Assembly (NCBI RefSeq): GCF_000150275.1
Contig: NW_002060943.1
Location: 13,174,353 to 13,238,352 of the forward strand
Source: Trichoplax adhaerens
Taxonomy: Eukaryota > Animalia > Placozoa
Reading direction: 5' to 3'
DNA: 64,000 nt
The translations under genes and the position numbers were made by a program. Shown here one piece after another: positions 1 to 13,057 of the stretch (the first letter of the stretch is position 1; each line of letters opens with the position of its first letter). Under the pieces are notes generated by a model. The model saw only the letters and a list, made by a program, of their open reading frames with translations, was not told the DNA's origin and did no database searches.

Positions 1-1538
1 GATAGATTAGATTAAATTTCATTTTAACAATGTTGCAAAGATCAGGTTTGGTCCTAAATTGATCCTCAAATATATTAAATATCCCATAAATTATATTTAC
101 CTTTGACCACTACAGTTGTGGCACTCTCAATAGTCGATGATTTTTGCCTTTAAGAGAAAATATTTTAATTCTATGCCAAGAGACTCTTTCATCGTACTTT
201 AGTTTTTCCTTAGCAATTCATGTTATTTGCCACGCTTATGACTATTTTTCTAAGAGATTGTACAATTTACCTGTCTTATTATTTGCTGCACTCATAACTT
301 TCTCTAAAAAACTTTATATTTTTCCTGTTACACTTATAATTATTTCCTCTCAAGATTCTGCATTTTATAATGTGTTCAAAGAAATGAAAATTCACATCTG
401 CTATAATCAGTAACTACAGTATACTGTTAAAATTTATCCAAAATCTGTTGCAAATAATAACCAAAAAATTAAAAGATGACAATCATTTCTTAAATTAGAC
501 GCGTATCTGTATGCACTCCGATACACCTATGGATAGTCATGATATATCTTGTCTGCGAACCTTCATGCGGTGCCTTTGTTAAATGCTAGTATAATACTTT
601 GATCTTATAATTACATCAACACAAACACAGTACTTATAATAGCAGTTGCTAGCACTTAAATATGTTTAAGTCGACTAATAGCTATTCTTATACCTAACAG
701 TACCGCTAATAAAGTGTTATAAGCTTAGACGGATCTTATGTTCTCATTTTCCATATGTGAGTGAATTGCAACCAGTTAATTTTTTTTAGCTGTATTTCTC
801 ATCAGTTTAAAACTAATTACTATCATCACGTCAGAAATTAATTAGTAATAATCTTACGATACGAAAACTTTCATGCATCAGCGTGTGTTCCTTTTAAATT
901 TTACGGTCAGCTAATCCCTATGACGTGTATTTTCGTATTTGCCACAAATGCAAGACCAATAACTGTTATCCATTTTAAGGAAAGATCAGTAAATGTTATG
1001 CAATTTAAATATTTCTATACTTATCTGCATCTCGGTTTTCTTGCATATTTCCCAATTAGCAAAGTCTTAAAAATTGTCTATTGATATTTACTACTAATGC
1101 AAAGCTGGTTAATGTCGTCGAGCTAGGAAATGATTTAAAAGTACCTTGAGTGCAGCGCCTACACTTTCCCATATGTTTCTCAACCAACCCAACTTTATAA
1201 TGCATATCTGAAATTGTCACTCGTAGCACAGCACTATAACGCATACCCGGAATAGCTCAATCTTCAGAGATTGAATGATTCTTTAGCAATAATTAGATTG
1301 CTATTTATAAATGCCTTCTCTTTTATCCACATACTGAAGAACCAGCAACATTTACGTAATACATAACTGACTATGCCATTCATTAAAGCAGCATTAGTTG
1401 CTTAGCAGTATGTTAAGTGCATAGGTATAACAGCATCCAAAAGCCATGTAGCCACATACCGGTACGCGTTATAATAATTAACCTCGAATTTGTAATTTCT
1501 CTTTTATGATTCTTTGGTTGATACTATTCAAGATCAAA

Positions 1539-3416
1539 ATGGCTGACGTGGCCTCAGTAAAGATAGAGGACGGAACATTGGATACGGAAGAAGCTGCGTA
1601 TCGCAACAGAAGAAGACGATGCTATGTTTTCGTCTTCCTCGTAATTTGTATCATTGGAGCTGCAATCCTGTTATTGGTTGCTTTCACGACTGGACCTAGC
1701 AATAGCTTGAAGACTAATTTACGTGGAAGGGAATTTACCTACCACCCAACATGTGATCAAAACTTACAATGGTGGCAAACCAGCATTATCTATCAAATTT
1801 ACCCTCGATCATTCCAAGACAGTAATAACGATGGTGTTGGCGATTTGAAAGGGATTGAACAACGTTTAAGCCATTTCAAAGATATTCATGTTGATGCAGT
1901 GTGGTTAAGTCCTATGTTTAAATCACCGATGAAAGATTTCGGTTATGATGTGTCCGATTATACGGATGTCGATCCTATTTTTGGTAACATGGCTGATTTC
2001 GATAGTTTATTAGCTGCTATGCAAAAGCAAGGAATTAAATTAATTCTTGATTTCGTACCCAATCATTCATCTGACCAACATGAATGGTTTATTGAAAGTA
2101 GATCGAGTTTAAATAATCCTAAACGTCAATGGTACATGTGGGCAGAACCGAAAGGTATGGATGCCGATAATAACCCTATTCCACCCAATAATTGGATATC
2201 CGTTTTCAGTGGCTCTATGTGGGAATTCGATAACAAGACAAATCAATTTTATTTACATCAATTTTTAGTTGAACAACCCGATTTAAATTATACTAATCCT
2301 GAAGTTGTTGAAGCATCGAAGAATGTATTAAGATTTTGGCTAAATAAAGGTGTTGATGGCTTCCGTATTGATGCCATTAAGCATGTTTATGAAAATCCTA
2401 AATTACCTGATGAAGTCCCAGATCCGAATTACCGTCCTGGTGTTGATGCACCTTACAGCTCGTTGATCCATAATGAAACCACTGATTTCCCACCATTACA
2501 CTGGTTAAATCGCCAATGGCGTTCTGTATTTGATGAGTACTCTAAAACCAAGCCAAGATTTGCTGTTGGCGAAGCTTACGATCCCATTGATATCATCATG
2601 TTATATTATGGTACCCAACAACAGCCAGAATTTCATTTCCCATTCAACTTTTTCTTACTCACATTGCCTAAATGGACAGGTAATACATTAAATCAAACAG
2701 TCCATGACTGGATGTCTAAAATGCCAGCATGCGGTTGGCCTAACTGGGTGGTAGGTAATCACGATAACCATCGTATCTCCAATCGTCGTGGTCCTAAATT
2801 AGTTAAAGCTGTCAATGCTGTCAATTTGCTCTTGCCTGGTACACCAACTACCTACTACGGTGAAGAAATTAATATGCGGAATGTCAAGATTTCATTAGCT
2901 GATACTCAAGATCCTTTTGGCCTACAAAATCCCGACATTTATGAGTCCGTTTCGCGTGATCCTGAGCGAACACCAATGCAATGGGATGATAGTCCAAATG
3001 CTGGTTTCTCCGCTTCTGGTATTAAAACATGGCTACCTATTGCTGACGACTACAAAAGTGTCAATGTTAAGGTTGAGAAAGCAAATCCAAATTCTCATCT
3101 CAATTTTTATCGTAGCCTAGCAACATTGCGCCAGAGTAGTCCGGCATGGCGTTATCCGAACTACCGAGCTGTCTATGCCGATGATAGTTTATTCGCATTC
3201 TTAAGATTTCACTCAACTGATTCTCATGCTTTCCTTGTCACGGTTAACTTAGGCTCTGCTACAATTACTCGCGATCTCTCCATGGTTTCTGATGTCGGCA
3301 CAGTTCGATTAGCGAGTAATCCAGCCCTTACTGGCGAGGTTAATTTACATCAAGTTACCTTGACATCTGGTGAAGTAGTAGTCTATCAGATTAATCAGTC
3401 TAGTGGTGGTCATTAA
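1539..3416 (+). CDS. Type II membrane-anchored GH13 alpha-glucosidase (maltase / SLC3A1-rBAT-like), paralog 1; single coding exon
   Basis: ORF has WWQ..IYQIYPRSF, GYDVSDY, DFVPNH, GVDGFRIDAIKH (nucleophile D), VGEAY (acid/base E), VVGNHD (transition-state H-D), YYGEEI and RDPERTPMQW. Basic RNRRRR is followed by a hydrophobic TM segment. ATG at 1539 (AAAATGG) follows a likely 5'UTR acceptor TTCAAG at 1527-1532, so the ORF-track start at 1506 is probably intronic. Confidence 0.93.
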   Translation: MADVASVKIEDGTLDTEEAAYRNRRRRCYVFVFLVICIIGAAILLLVAFTTGPSNSLKTNLRGREFTYHPTCDQNLQWWQTSIIYQIYPRSFQDSNNDGVGDLKGIEQRLSHFKDIHVDAVWLSPMFKSPMKDFGYDVSDYTDVDPIFGNMADFDSLLAAMQKQGIKLILDFVPNHSSDQHEWFIESRSSLNNPKRQWYMWAEPKGMDADNNPIPPNNWISVFSGSMWEFDNKTNQFYLHQFLVEQPDLNYTNPEVVEASKNVLRFWLNKGVDGFRIDAIKHVYENPKLPDEVPDPNYRPGVDAPYSSLIHNETTDFPPLHWLNRQWRSVFDEYSKTKPRFAVGEAYDPIDIIMLYYGTQQQPEFHFPFNFFLLTLPKWTGNTLNQTVHDWMSKMPACGWPNWVVGNHDNHRISNRRGPKLVKAVNAVNLLLPGTPTTYYGEEINMRNVKISLADTQDPFGLQNPDIYESVSRDPERTPMQWDDSPNAGFSASGIKTWLPIADDYKSVNVKVEKANPNSHLNFYRSLATLRQSSPAWRYPNYRAVYADDSLFAFLRFHSTDSHAFLVTVNLGSATITRDLSMVSDVGTVRLASNPALTGEVNLHQVTLTSGEVVVYQINQSSGGH

Positions 3417-3984
3417 TTGAATCTTTTGATCCAGCGATGATTTCATCCATCCGTTCTTATTCCTTGCTAAGACTCCATCATTGATGTGATAGAGTCAGTT
3501 TTTCGCTACCTAATATAGATACCTTACCGCAATCATGTTAACTAATTTATTTAATCTATTGGTATGCAATTTTACTTTATTGATTAGAATTCTACGTACT
3601 TATTCAAGTTAGTGTAAGAGTGTGTATGCCTAAATAATGGCTATCGTAGTCATGTGTAGGGGATGATATTGCTGTGTGACTTTTTATGTTAAGTCTTGTA
3701 CTTGTTGCGTCATGTAGACTCTTTCTCTTTTACGTAATTATTTTCTAGTAATAGAATCTATAGCATTCTTCTACCTAGATCCACGACTCTTCTCTCAATA
3801 CATTTAGCAGGCTGGCCTACCTAAACTAGTGAAATTTTGACTAAATATTGAATGGATGATATCTGATAATAAAATTGTTGATATTTGCCTTTAAATACTT
3901 CTAGATGTATACTGAATCATTATGCGTTCAGTGAATTACCTGCTTGCAGTTGGAATGATGTTTACAATTGTTCAACATCTGTTA

Positions 3985-5345
3985 AGACAAAATCTTTTAA
4001 GAATGACACATTTTATATACAGTACACTATATTGATATGTTAACCAACCCTGAGCCTGCAATCTAAGCAAGGTAATTTAAATTAGAGGGATATTCAATGG
4101 TAATGATATTTGCAATTTAAAAATGTCAGTTGAGATAGAATGGTTCTAAAATAAGGTATTTTCCATCGACTGCTCTGTTACATTGATCGACTTTGAGTAT
4201 GCAGCCCGTATTAATTTAGATTATAAAAATTAATCCGAGAAAATAATTTCAATTTCCCCCTAAAATTAGGGTAGAATGATTCTACCATAAAGCATTCTGC
4301 ACGTACCATATTGATGTAATGGTTGATTTGAGCAAGCAATAAGTTGTTCAGCAAATTCAGTTAAAAATAAACTTTAAAAGCAATACTATTTATGATTAGA
4401 TTATATCAATGAGAGTAAAAGGATTCTACAATAATGAATTCTGCACGTAGCATATTGAGATATTGCTTGCTTTGAGCGCGTAATCGGTTTTGTAGAAAAT
4501 TTCGATCAAAAACAAATTTACTAGTAACAATATTTATAATAGCAAAATCCTAGACAAGGCTAGATGATTCTTGCATAACATATTTTGCATATACTAGGTT
4601 GATATGCAGGTCAATATTGACCATGCAATCTAAAGTATAACCACTTAAATTAAAAAATTTTTTTAGATTTTTGATATATATAATGCTAAATATTAGTTTA
4701 GACAAATGATTCTAGAATAATGCACTTTGCATGTACTGAACTACTATGTTGATTGATTTTGAGCAGGTAGTCTATAGCAAGAGATTGAGAAAGTAATCAA
4801 AGGTGATAATATTGGAAAAATTTAGAACAAAAATGATTCTTGAAGAACATATTTTTGCATGCACTATATTGATATTATGCGTATTTTGGTTGAAATTCGA
4901 GCATATCTGCGAAATCTTTGGCAATTAAGAATCAATCCTATTCAGAATTAATTATAGTTCAAATATATGAATTAAGATAGAATCATTCCTGAATAACGTT
5001 ATTTACATTTACTGTATCGATTGATTAACTTTGGGTATGGAATCGATAGTGTTTTAGATTGGAAGAATGATATTCAAAGGTAATGATTTTTTTCGATTAG
5101 GAATATTAGTTAAGGCAAAGTTATTCTCAATTAACGTACTTTGCACCCGCCGTTTTGATACTATACATATATTGATCCATATTGAAAATATATACGTGCA
5201 GGATCTACAGCAATTTGGAACAAAATAGCATTCATTAATAGTTACAATTGAAACAAAGTCAATCTGGGCAGAATTATTCTTAAACAATATATTTTACATG
5301 TACTCTACTGATACATTGATCGACTTGGAGACTCCATCTAAAAAA
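3985..5345. repeat. Highly degenerate tandem repeat, ~140-145 bp unit, ~10 copies
   Basis: Core resembling AGAATGATTCT..AATAA..ATTTTGCA.GTAC...ATTGAT recurs near 3990, 4136, 4272, 4415, 4561, 4703, 4830, 4978, 5121 and 5270. Confidence 0.65.
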
Positions 5346-6694
5346 ACTTAGAGCAGGAAAAGTATTCAGAGCTTGTAAGTCAGTAGATCATCAATTATTT
5401 TGCAATATGTACGTGGTAGAATACGTTAACTGAAGACTCAGTAATATGCCGACATAGTTAAAATGTACAATTCGGCAATTTACTGTAAATGTTTAGCTTA
5501 CTACCAATATATGCGCAAATTTGCATACGAGACGGAAATTTTTGAATAGCAGTCTTGTGCATTATTAAATTATCATTAAGAAATTGGAATATGGGATTAA
5601 AATTTGATATAAAAATGAATGAATTATTGCATCTAGTAATTTTATGAAATACCTAAGGGTACATTTATTATAAATTGGATCCATACATATTTTCTAGATA
5701 ACTTTATCCCAATAAAAAGTGTCGTAAATTTTAATAGATGAAAACTATGAACTAAAACAGTTACTTACTCGTTAACAATTGCAGCTGGTGACATTGATCA
5801 TTGCTATTATGTTGAGCATAATGATAATAAAAGTTCTTATAACGAGAAAAATTGCATTGGATGTTGTACACTATAAAAGAAGACAATAATATGGGGAATC
5901 GGTATACGTTATTGAAGTACTTTCTTTATTACTTTGTTTCATCATAAAATAGTTGTTTTATGATATGGAACATTGGATAGTAATTTATATTTCAGAAAGA
6001 AATTTAGTATTTGACTTTGGCGTATTAATATTTAATAATACTATAAATGAATTTTTAATTTTCGGAGAAAATCGTTCTATTTATTATTGCTGATGTACAG
6101 CAAGTCAACTTTTATTAGTTTCTATGTTATGTACATTTTATTAACTGTTGCTATCGTTGACTAATTTTTTCCCCACATGTAACCCATCTAACGGATATGA
6201 TCACTGATTGCAATTTTATTATAAACAAAAATCATAGTGATGATATTTATTGCATAGATAGAAGCATTGCTTGTAGGATTAGACGCTGTTAGTTTTATTT
6301 TCAAGTTTTTGGATTGAAAACTTTAAGAATAGAGTTTTGTTTCAGTAAAAGCAAGCCCATCCTTTCGTTAGGAAGAAAATGAGTTTGGCTGACATAATAA
6401 TTTCTATTCCTTTCCTTTGAGCGAAGAGGCAATGTTTGATAAACAATCTTTGTCATAGTAACGAAACACAATCTACTTTAATGAATATCATAAAATTTAT
6501 ATCAAATTAAAAGACCTCAATATTATTGAACGATTAATTTATAATTGTAGAAATATCGATACTCAAAAAATTTATACGTAGTATAAAATATTAAAATAGT
6601 TAATCTACTTTATTTAAGCATCGCATAATATGAATGTACTACATGGAAGGCTGTCTTTATTTGACGATCATTGTTATTAACCGAAAGTATTAAT

Positions 6695-7133
6695 AAACGG
6701 TTCATGTATAAACTCTTACTAGGTTTGATATTACGTCTGGTTGCTTCTCAAGCTGTGTTTTTGCTTAATGAAAAAAAGGCATGAAAGAACAATTAGTTAA
6801 GATAGTTAATAATTAATTAATGTATGCCTAGTTAAGTAAGTGATCTATGCTATAGAAAATACTCTATTGATATTAGATGGAAGGGTCATATGGAAACAAT
6901 GTAGCAAGTGAAAGGTATTAGCTGTCTTAGCATAGTGATCATTGATATTAAGCAAAGATATTGATCAAAGGTTCATTATATTAATCCAAGATATATTTTA
7001 CATTGTATGCGATTACTTTTTAGGCTGTCTGGCTGTAGTTTTTAGCTAACGAAAAGAGCAGAATGGAAGATTAGTCAGTCGAGATAGTTCATAATTAATA
7101 AATATCTACATAGTTAAGTAAGTGATCTATGCT
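6695..7133. repeat. Two diverged direct copies ~280 bp apart
   Basis: AGATAGTT(A/C)ATAATTAAT...TAGTTAAGTAAGTGATCTATGCT near 6800-6851 and 7082-7133, with weaker similarity upstream. Confidence 0.55.
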
Positions 7134-9639
7134 TACAATAATGAATGTAAGATATAACATAGTAAGCACTGTGGCATAAATACTATTCAAATATATTTGC
7201 AATGACTCTGTTATGTGAATACTTGCCTAATTTTAATAATGGATTAAAAATTGGACGTGATAATCTTGCAATACACTTATAAAATAATGGATTAAGTGTT
7301 TACTATAAGATGTCTTTTTAAATTGAGTCAAGATCCAGGACTTCTATAGTTTGTAATATCCATCGACATTAATTAAATGTGCCACAACGATTTTATTTAT
7401 ATATATATAGTAAAGTTAATGTTAGGTCATCAGTGGTATCTATAATACGAGATGAAGGTCGAAAGCTAGTACTTTGGTGAACGATTTGAATACTAGGTGC
7501 CTTATGCATGCTATTATTTTTAGGAGATAAAGTTTTTTTACTGTAAACTCTTGATGATCAAACCGCAATAGTAGGTTAACCGTTGCATTTCCTCGCTCGT
7601 GATACTTTGTGCAACTGGTTTATTGAGTATGATATTTCAGTTTATGCTGGGCAATTTATGCTACAATAATTTATTTGCCTAGAGCATATAGCATGCAAAT
7701 TCAGTTAGCAGGGAGATCACATCGATTAATTGGAGGTGATGCAAGTGCACCAAATGCCATTCTTAAATGCATATCGATAGTAGAGCGCTATGTTATAATC
7801 AGCATTCAATACATTAAGTAATGTTGTGTAAGCAATCACTGATTTGCAGAGATCGTCTTTGTAATAAAGTACTTATATCTACCATGGAATGATCATATGC
7901 ATTGAATCAGGGTAGTAAAATGCATTTAATGCTAGTTTCCAGTGTATACCTGCAGTCAGATTTACTCGTATGACAAGTCCACGATATGTAGGCTACGAAT
8001 AATCTTTAAGTGCTGGTATAAAATTTTGTAGAAATGAAATACACAGTAGAGTGTTTATCATCAAGAGATCGCAAGAATTAATTCAAAGTGATATAAATGC
8101 ATGCCTATAATAAGGTTTTATGGTAAGTATTCGGTAAGTAACCCGTTAGGGGTCCCTAGTTTTACTTGTTCTAAAATCTTAGAGAGATCGACCATGTCAC
8201 TAGGTGTTCATTTCTGCTATCAGGCAATCAATGGATTATAATTAACTTAAGTTGCTATCAATCCTTCCATTCTAGTCTTGTTTTAGTCAAGTTTATGGCA
8301 AGTGTTCGATAAGTGGTGAGCTAGTGCCTATTTGCTAATTACCATATAGAATTTTATGGAAAAAGACCATATGTTACAGTTCCAAAAATATGATAACTTC
8401 TAATCATCGCTTATGACGTATCTTTTAACGATTGTATTTATATACTTGCTATAAACACTGAATAGTCCTAACTATATTATATGCTGTACCGGTAAATTTT
8501 TTGTACGTAAATTAAAATATAGAGCTGCGTTTACTTGTATATACTTTATATTCATGTTTATGACTAAAATAAAAGGATGATGACAGTACGAAATACCATG
8601 AGTATTTACAACTATTAAGAACCATTAGCATATAAAGATTTACGGGTAGAGTAGCGTTATAAATATACTTATTAGATATAGTTGAGTATGTAATCGAGTA
8701 CATGAGTGTTGTAAAGGAGTAGATATGATGTTGAGATAGTAATTATAGCAGACGTTAGCATATGCTATAAATTTGTTCATTATACTGATTTACGGAATGC
8801 AGTTGGAGCTAGATTCTACTTGTTAGCATAATAAACCGCGATGCTGTATGCCCTATACTTTCCTCCCTTTATTGCTTAGCTTGACACCTTCCTGATATAC
8901 TAGCTAAAATCGCAATAGAAATTGTTTATAGGAACATCATTACTGCACTCATAATGTAGTAGCAGGTTGCTCAGTTTGTGTTCGTAAAGCAGTAGTTTCA
9001 GGCCACTGACTACTTTGACTAGTAGAAGGTTTTAATGCTTATGTTATTTAGTAAATTAATAAACCAGCACCATACAATTATCCTTCACTTATAACGGCAA
9101 TGCGTTATTTGCATAATAATTGTGCTATCACGTTGGCATTGGACGGATTCTTTTATGCCAATTTAGCCAAGCTGCCAATCTAGATTGCTTGGGCAATTTC
9201 TACCTGCATGCAGCTCTATTGTGATTCATAAAGGCAGGATAAAATCGTCAGCGATGATCAAGGTCGTCAAGCATTTTTTTATTGAAGAGTTAACGCACTG
9301 GAGGCGGGGTATAAAAAAATTCATAAACAGAATCGTTGATTGAATTGGACAAATGATTGAAGTAAAAATTGAAGGCAATATCGCATTTTGGACTGTATAA
9401 AAGCAGGATAAAGTTACGGCAGAATTTAGATTGATAGCATTTAATGTTGATTGATCAGGCTGGTTTAACCAATAGAGTGATTTATGGATATACATATCGA
9501 TAAATTGTATAGCCTAATTATCAATAGCAATCTTTATTTTAACGATGTAGTCAATGGGAGAGAGAAAGACTGTAGAGAATATCATTTTATTCTTAACTCG
9601 ATCAGTTAAGTACTAATAGTGGTCGTCTGTAGTCTAGGT

Positions 9640-10765
9640 TGCAATTGATCGTCAGCTGTATTGATCAGTGATGCATAACTAACTTGATCCGTTAACTGCA
9701 GTAATCCTTGTGATAGTCTATGTTGCAAAGTAATTTATTGTCAGCTCTATCCATCACTAACTTGATCCGTTCACTACAGTAATCCTTGTGGTAGTTTATG
9801 ATCTATGTTGTAAAGTAATTGGTCGTCAGCTCTATCGATCAATGATCCGTTAACTACAGCAACCCTTTTGGTAATTTATGGTTTATATTGCAAAGTAATT
9901 TGTCATTAAACTCTATCGATCAAAGATCCAGAACGAACTTGATCTGTTCACTACAGTAATCCTTGCGGTAGTTTATGGTCTATATTGCACAGTAATTTGT
10001 TGTCGACTGTATGGATCAATGATCCATAACGAACTAGATCCTTTAACTACAGTAATCCTTGCGGTAGACTACGTTGTAAAGTAATTTATTGTTAACTCTG
10101 TCGATCAATGATCCATAACAAACTTAATCCGTTAACTACAGTAATCCTTGCAGTAGTCTACGTTGTAAAGTAATTCGTCGTTAGCTTTATCAATCAACTA
10201 CGAGTATTTATCATTCGATCCGCTAACTGCAGCAATGCTTGCGGTAGTCTATGTCGCAAAGTAATTCGTCTTGAGCTTGATCGATCAGTAATCTCTAACT
10301 GGGTCGGTTAACTTAATGCTTGCTGTAGAGTCCATTTAACAAAGTAATTGATCATTAGCTTGATCGATCTACTTTCCACAAGTTGATCAGTTCACTATTA
10401 CTTACAGTACTCTACATCGCAAAGTAATTGGTCGTGATCTTGATCGATCAATTATCTCTAACTTGGTCGATTAACTTAATGCTTGCTGTAGAGTCTGTTT
10501 CGCAAAGTAATTGATCATTAACTTGATCGATTTGCTTTCCATAAGTTGATCAGTTCACTATTACTAGCAGTGCTCTACATCGCAAAGTAATTGGTCGTGA
10601 GCTTGATCGATCAATTATCTCTAACTTGGTCGATTAATTTAATGCTTGCTGCAGAGTCCATTTTGCAAAGTAATTGATCATTAACTTGATCGATTTGCTT
10701 TCCATACATTGATCAGTTCACTATTACTTACAGTACTCTACATCGCAAAGTCATTCGTCGTGAGC
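9640..10765. repeat. Tandem array: diverged ~80-100 bp monomers grading into a 163-bp dimeric higher-order repeat
   Basis: GATCCGTTAACTACAGTAATCCTTG and GCAAAGTAATT recur. CATCGCAAAGT occurs at 10415, 10578 and 10741 (period 163), and each period holds two CAAAGTAATT..TTGATCGAT subunits. Confidence 0.85.
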
Positions 10766-11353
10766 TTTAGCGATGTGTATAAGTAGATTTAGGATTGGCG
10801 ATAATTCTAGTTATTGAAGTTAATAATACAAAGCGCATCTAATTTTTACATCAAATATACGTCAAATCGAATAGGAAGAGAGTTGAATTTCAGTTGAAAA
10901 CCTGCGGATTGTGCATGTTATCACTGATGGTTTTTGTTTAAGGGATTGGTTACCCAAGGCTGCTGTCATTTCTGAAGGCTTTAATCTATTAATCATAAAG
11001 TATAAAGATGATGTTTGCATAGTACTTTTACTATTTAAATAACTCTGTTTAACATGTATACTTTGTGATGGTAGCGAGTTAATAGAGCGGACAAGATTGG
11101 TCAATAACAATCCATCTTGATACCAATTTAGGACAATTGATGCTAAATAGTCTCATCGAGGTTTCATTTGAAAGTTTCAAGTCTCCATTTGTGTATATTC
11201 GAGGTTACTGGTTGTATAAAATGATTTGTTGCGGTTATGCACGATCATCATGGATCAATTCAAGCTTGATCGACTCGTCTTGATATTTAGTTGATCAATT
11301 TAGGGCAAGGAAAGGTTTCTGCATGAATGGACGTTAAGCTATCCTTCTTTAGC

Positions 11354-11437
11354 CAGGAATTACTCAAGAGAGAATTTCTATCTCTCTGGCTAAAAGTGCC
11401 GGAGTGAGAGTATAAATTTTCTCTTGAGTAGTCCCTG
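11354..11437 (+). other. Long imperfect hairpin (84 nt)
   Basis: ACTCAAGAGAGAATTT pairs with AAATTTTCTCTTGAGT (16 bp, one G-U). Inner CTCTGGC/GCCGGAG closes a TAAAAGT loop. Outer CAGG/CCTG. Confidence 0.7.
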
Positions 11438-13057
11438 CTTTTGCGGATACAATCCCAAGTAAAACATAAAACTGGATCGGTGGCATTAAGATTTATGGTC
11501 GGTAGGGTTTAGCTAAATGAAGAAGAGCTGACAACTTTGCGTGGATCAATTGATCGATGCCATTCCTCGCTACCAAATAGAGCTAGTTGCAAATGTGAAA
11601 CGCTATTTTGTACTATTAGAAAGTTAGGACGAAGGAAGCACAGTCCGTATTGATTGATCAAAGCGATTTCTTCGTTAGCAGATCCAGGCCTTTCTGTAAA
11701 TCACGGATTAATCCAATCGACTATACGTTTGAATGAATTGGAGAACATGAAGCTGAAGAGAGCAGAATATGTTTGGGATTGGTAAATTCTGTTCCGTTGA
11801 TCTCACTAGCTAAAGGAAGCAGGATTGCTTTTGGTCGATCGAACGAATATTGGGAGAGGGGAAAGTGCCATTTACCTATGGTGCTACTCCATTGCAAACT
11901 ACCAATTTTGAATCAATTTGATCAAGTGTAACCAAAAGGAAGCACTGTCGGTGTTGAGTTATTGCAATTGGCCTCGGTGAAGAAGCCTGTGTCAAAACGT
12001 CAATTGATCCAATGCTTTGCAATCTCATGTTTATTAGTGTTGTTCAATAGAGCTAAGGAAGTACCTCCCGTACAAATTAAGCAACACTATCGTTGGTCAA
12101 CCACGTCAACTAAACGAGAACTGGATCCAATGTATTTCAAGGAATTTTGAATAAAATTGAAAGGGGAAATGAAAGATCGAAGTTAGTCCAACACAAATGC
12201 ATCAGCTATCCTTCGTTCCAAGTTATAAGAGCGTCTACAGTCGGCTGTAGGATACCAGCAATTCATGGGATTGATGATGATTTAGTTGGAAGAAAAGTTG
12301 AAATTGCTTGAGACGATGCACAAGCCCATTCAACGACAACGGCCTATCCTTCTTGTCCCAGGATGGAGAGCCCATGCATGCAGTCCACCACGATTAATTA
12401 CACAGCATTTACTTTGCCTATTCTCTCTCCTCTAGATTCGATCACGCATTGTAATTGATTTATGGCTAAATCAATTGTCTACTTCTCACTTCCCTTATAA
12501 AAGCAAGGAAAGGAAAGGGAAGCCTGTTGTCCTACTGCTGCATTCAATTCTTGTTCCAATAAAATCCCCAGTCAGGACAATTTATCCTACCCCATCAGTC
12601 TATTGATATTCATCGGCTGCAACCTTTGAGTGACTTTATTTCAAATGTCATGAAGCAACAAGGCTTTATAATCAAGATTTTCCATCAAGGTTATTGTCCA
12701 TTGGGACGTCTTGTGGGTTAATTCATAAATGCTTATGCTAGGGGTGGGCTAAACCTGGGCCGAACGATATTGACTTTGCACCTTCGCCATTTTGATTGGT
12801 AGAATAGCAATGCGTCGTTGAACAAATCATCACCTGTCACCGAGTCTGTCAATGGCTAATTGAATTAATTAAGAGACTTTGTTGATGAATGTGGACAACC
12901 TTGATCATGATGGCGTTTTATTGTTGTAGCAAATCAGGGGTGGTATCCATTCTTGTTCCACCATTTGCTATAGATCTTGCACCATGTTGTAACGCTGTTG
13001 GTGTTATGATAGTGGTAACCAATGAGTGGCCATGATGCTATCTACAGCTCAAATAAC

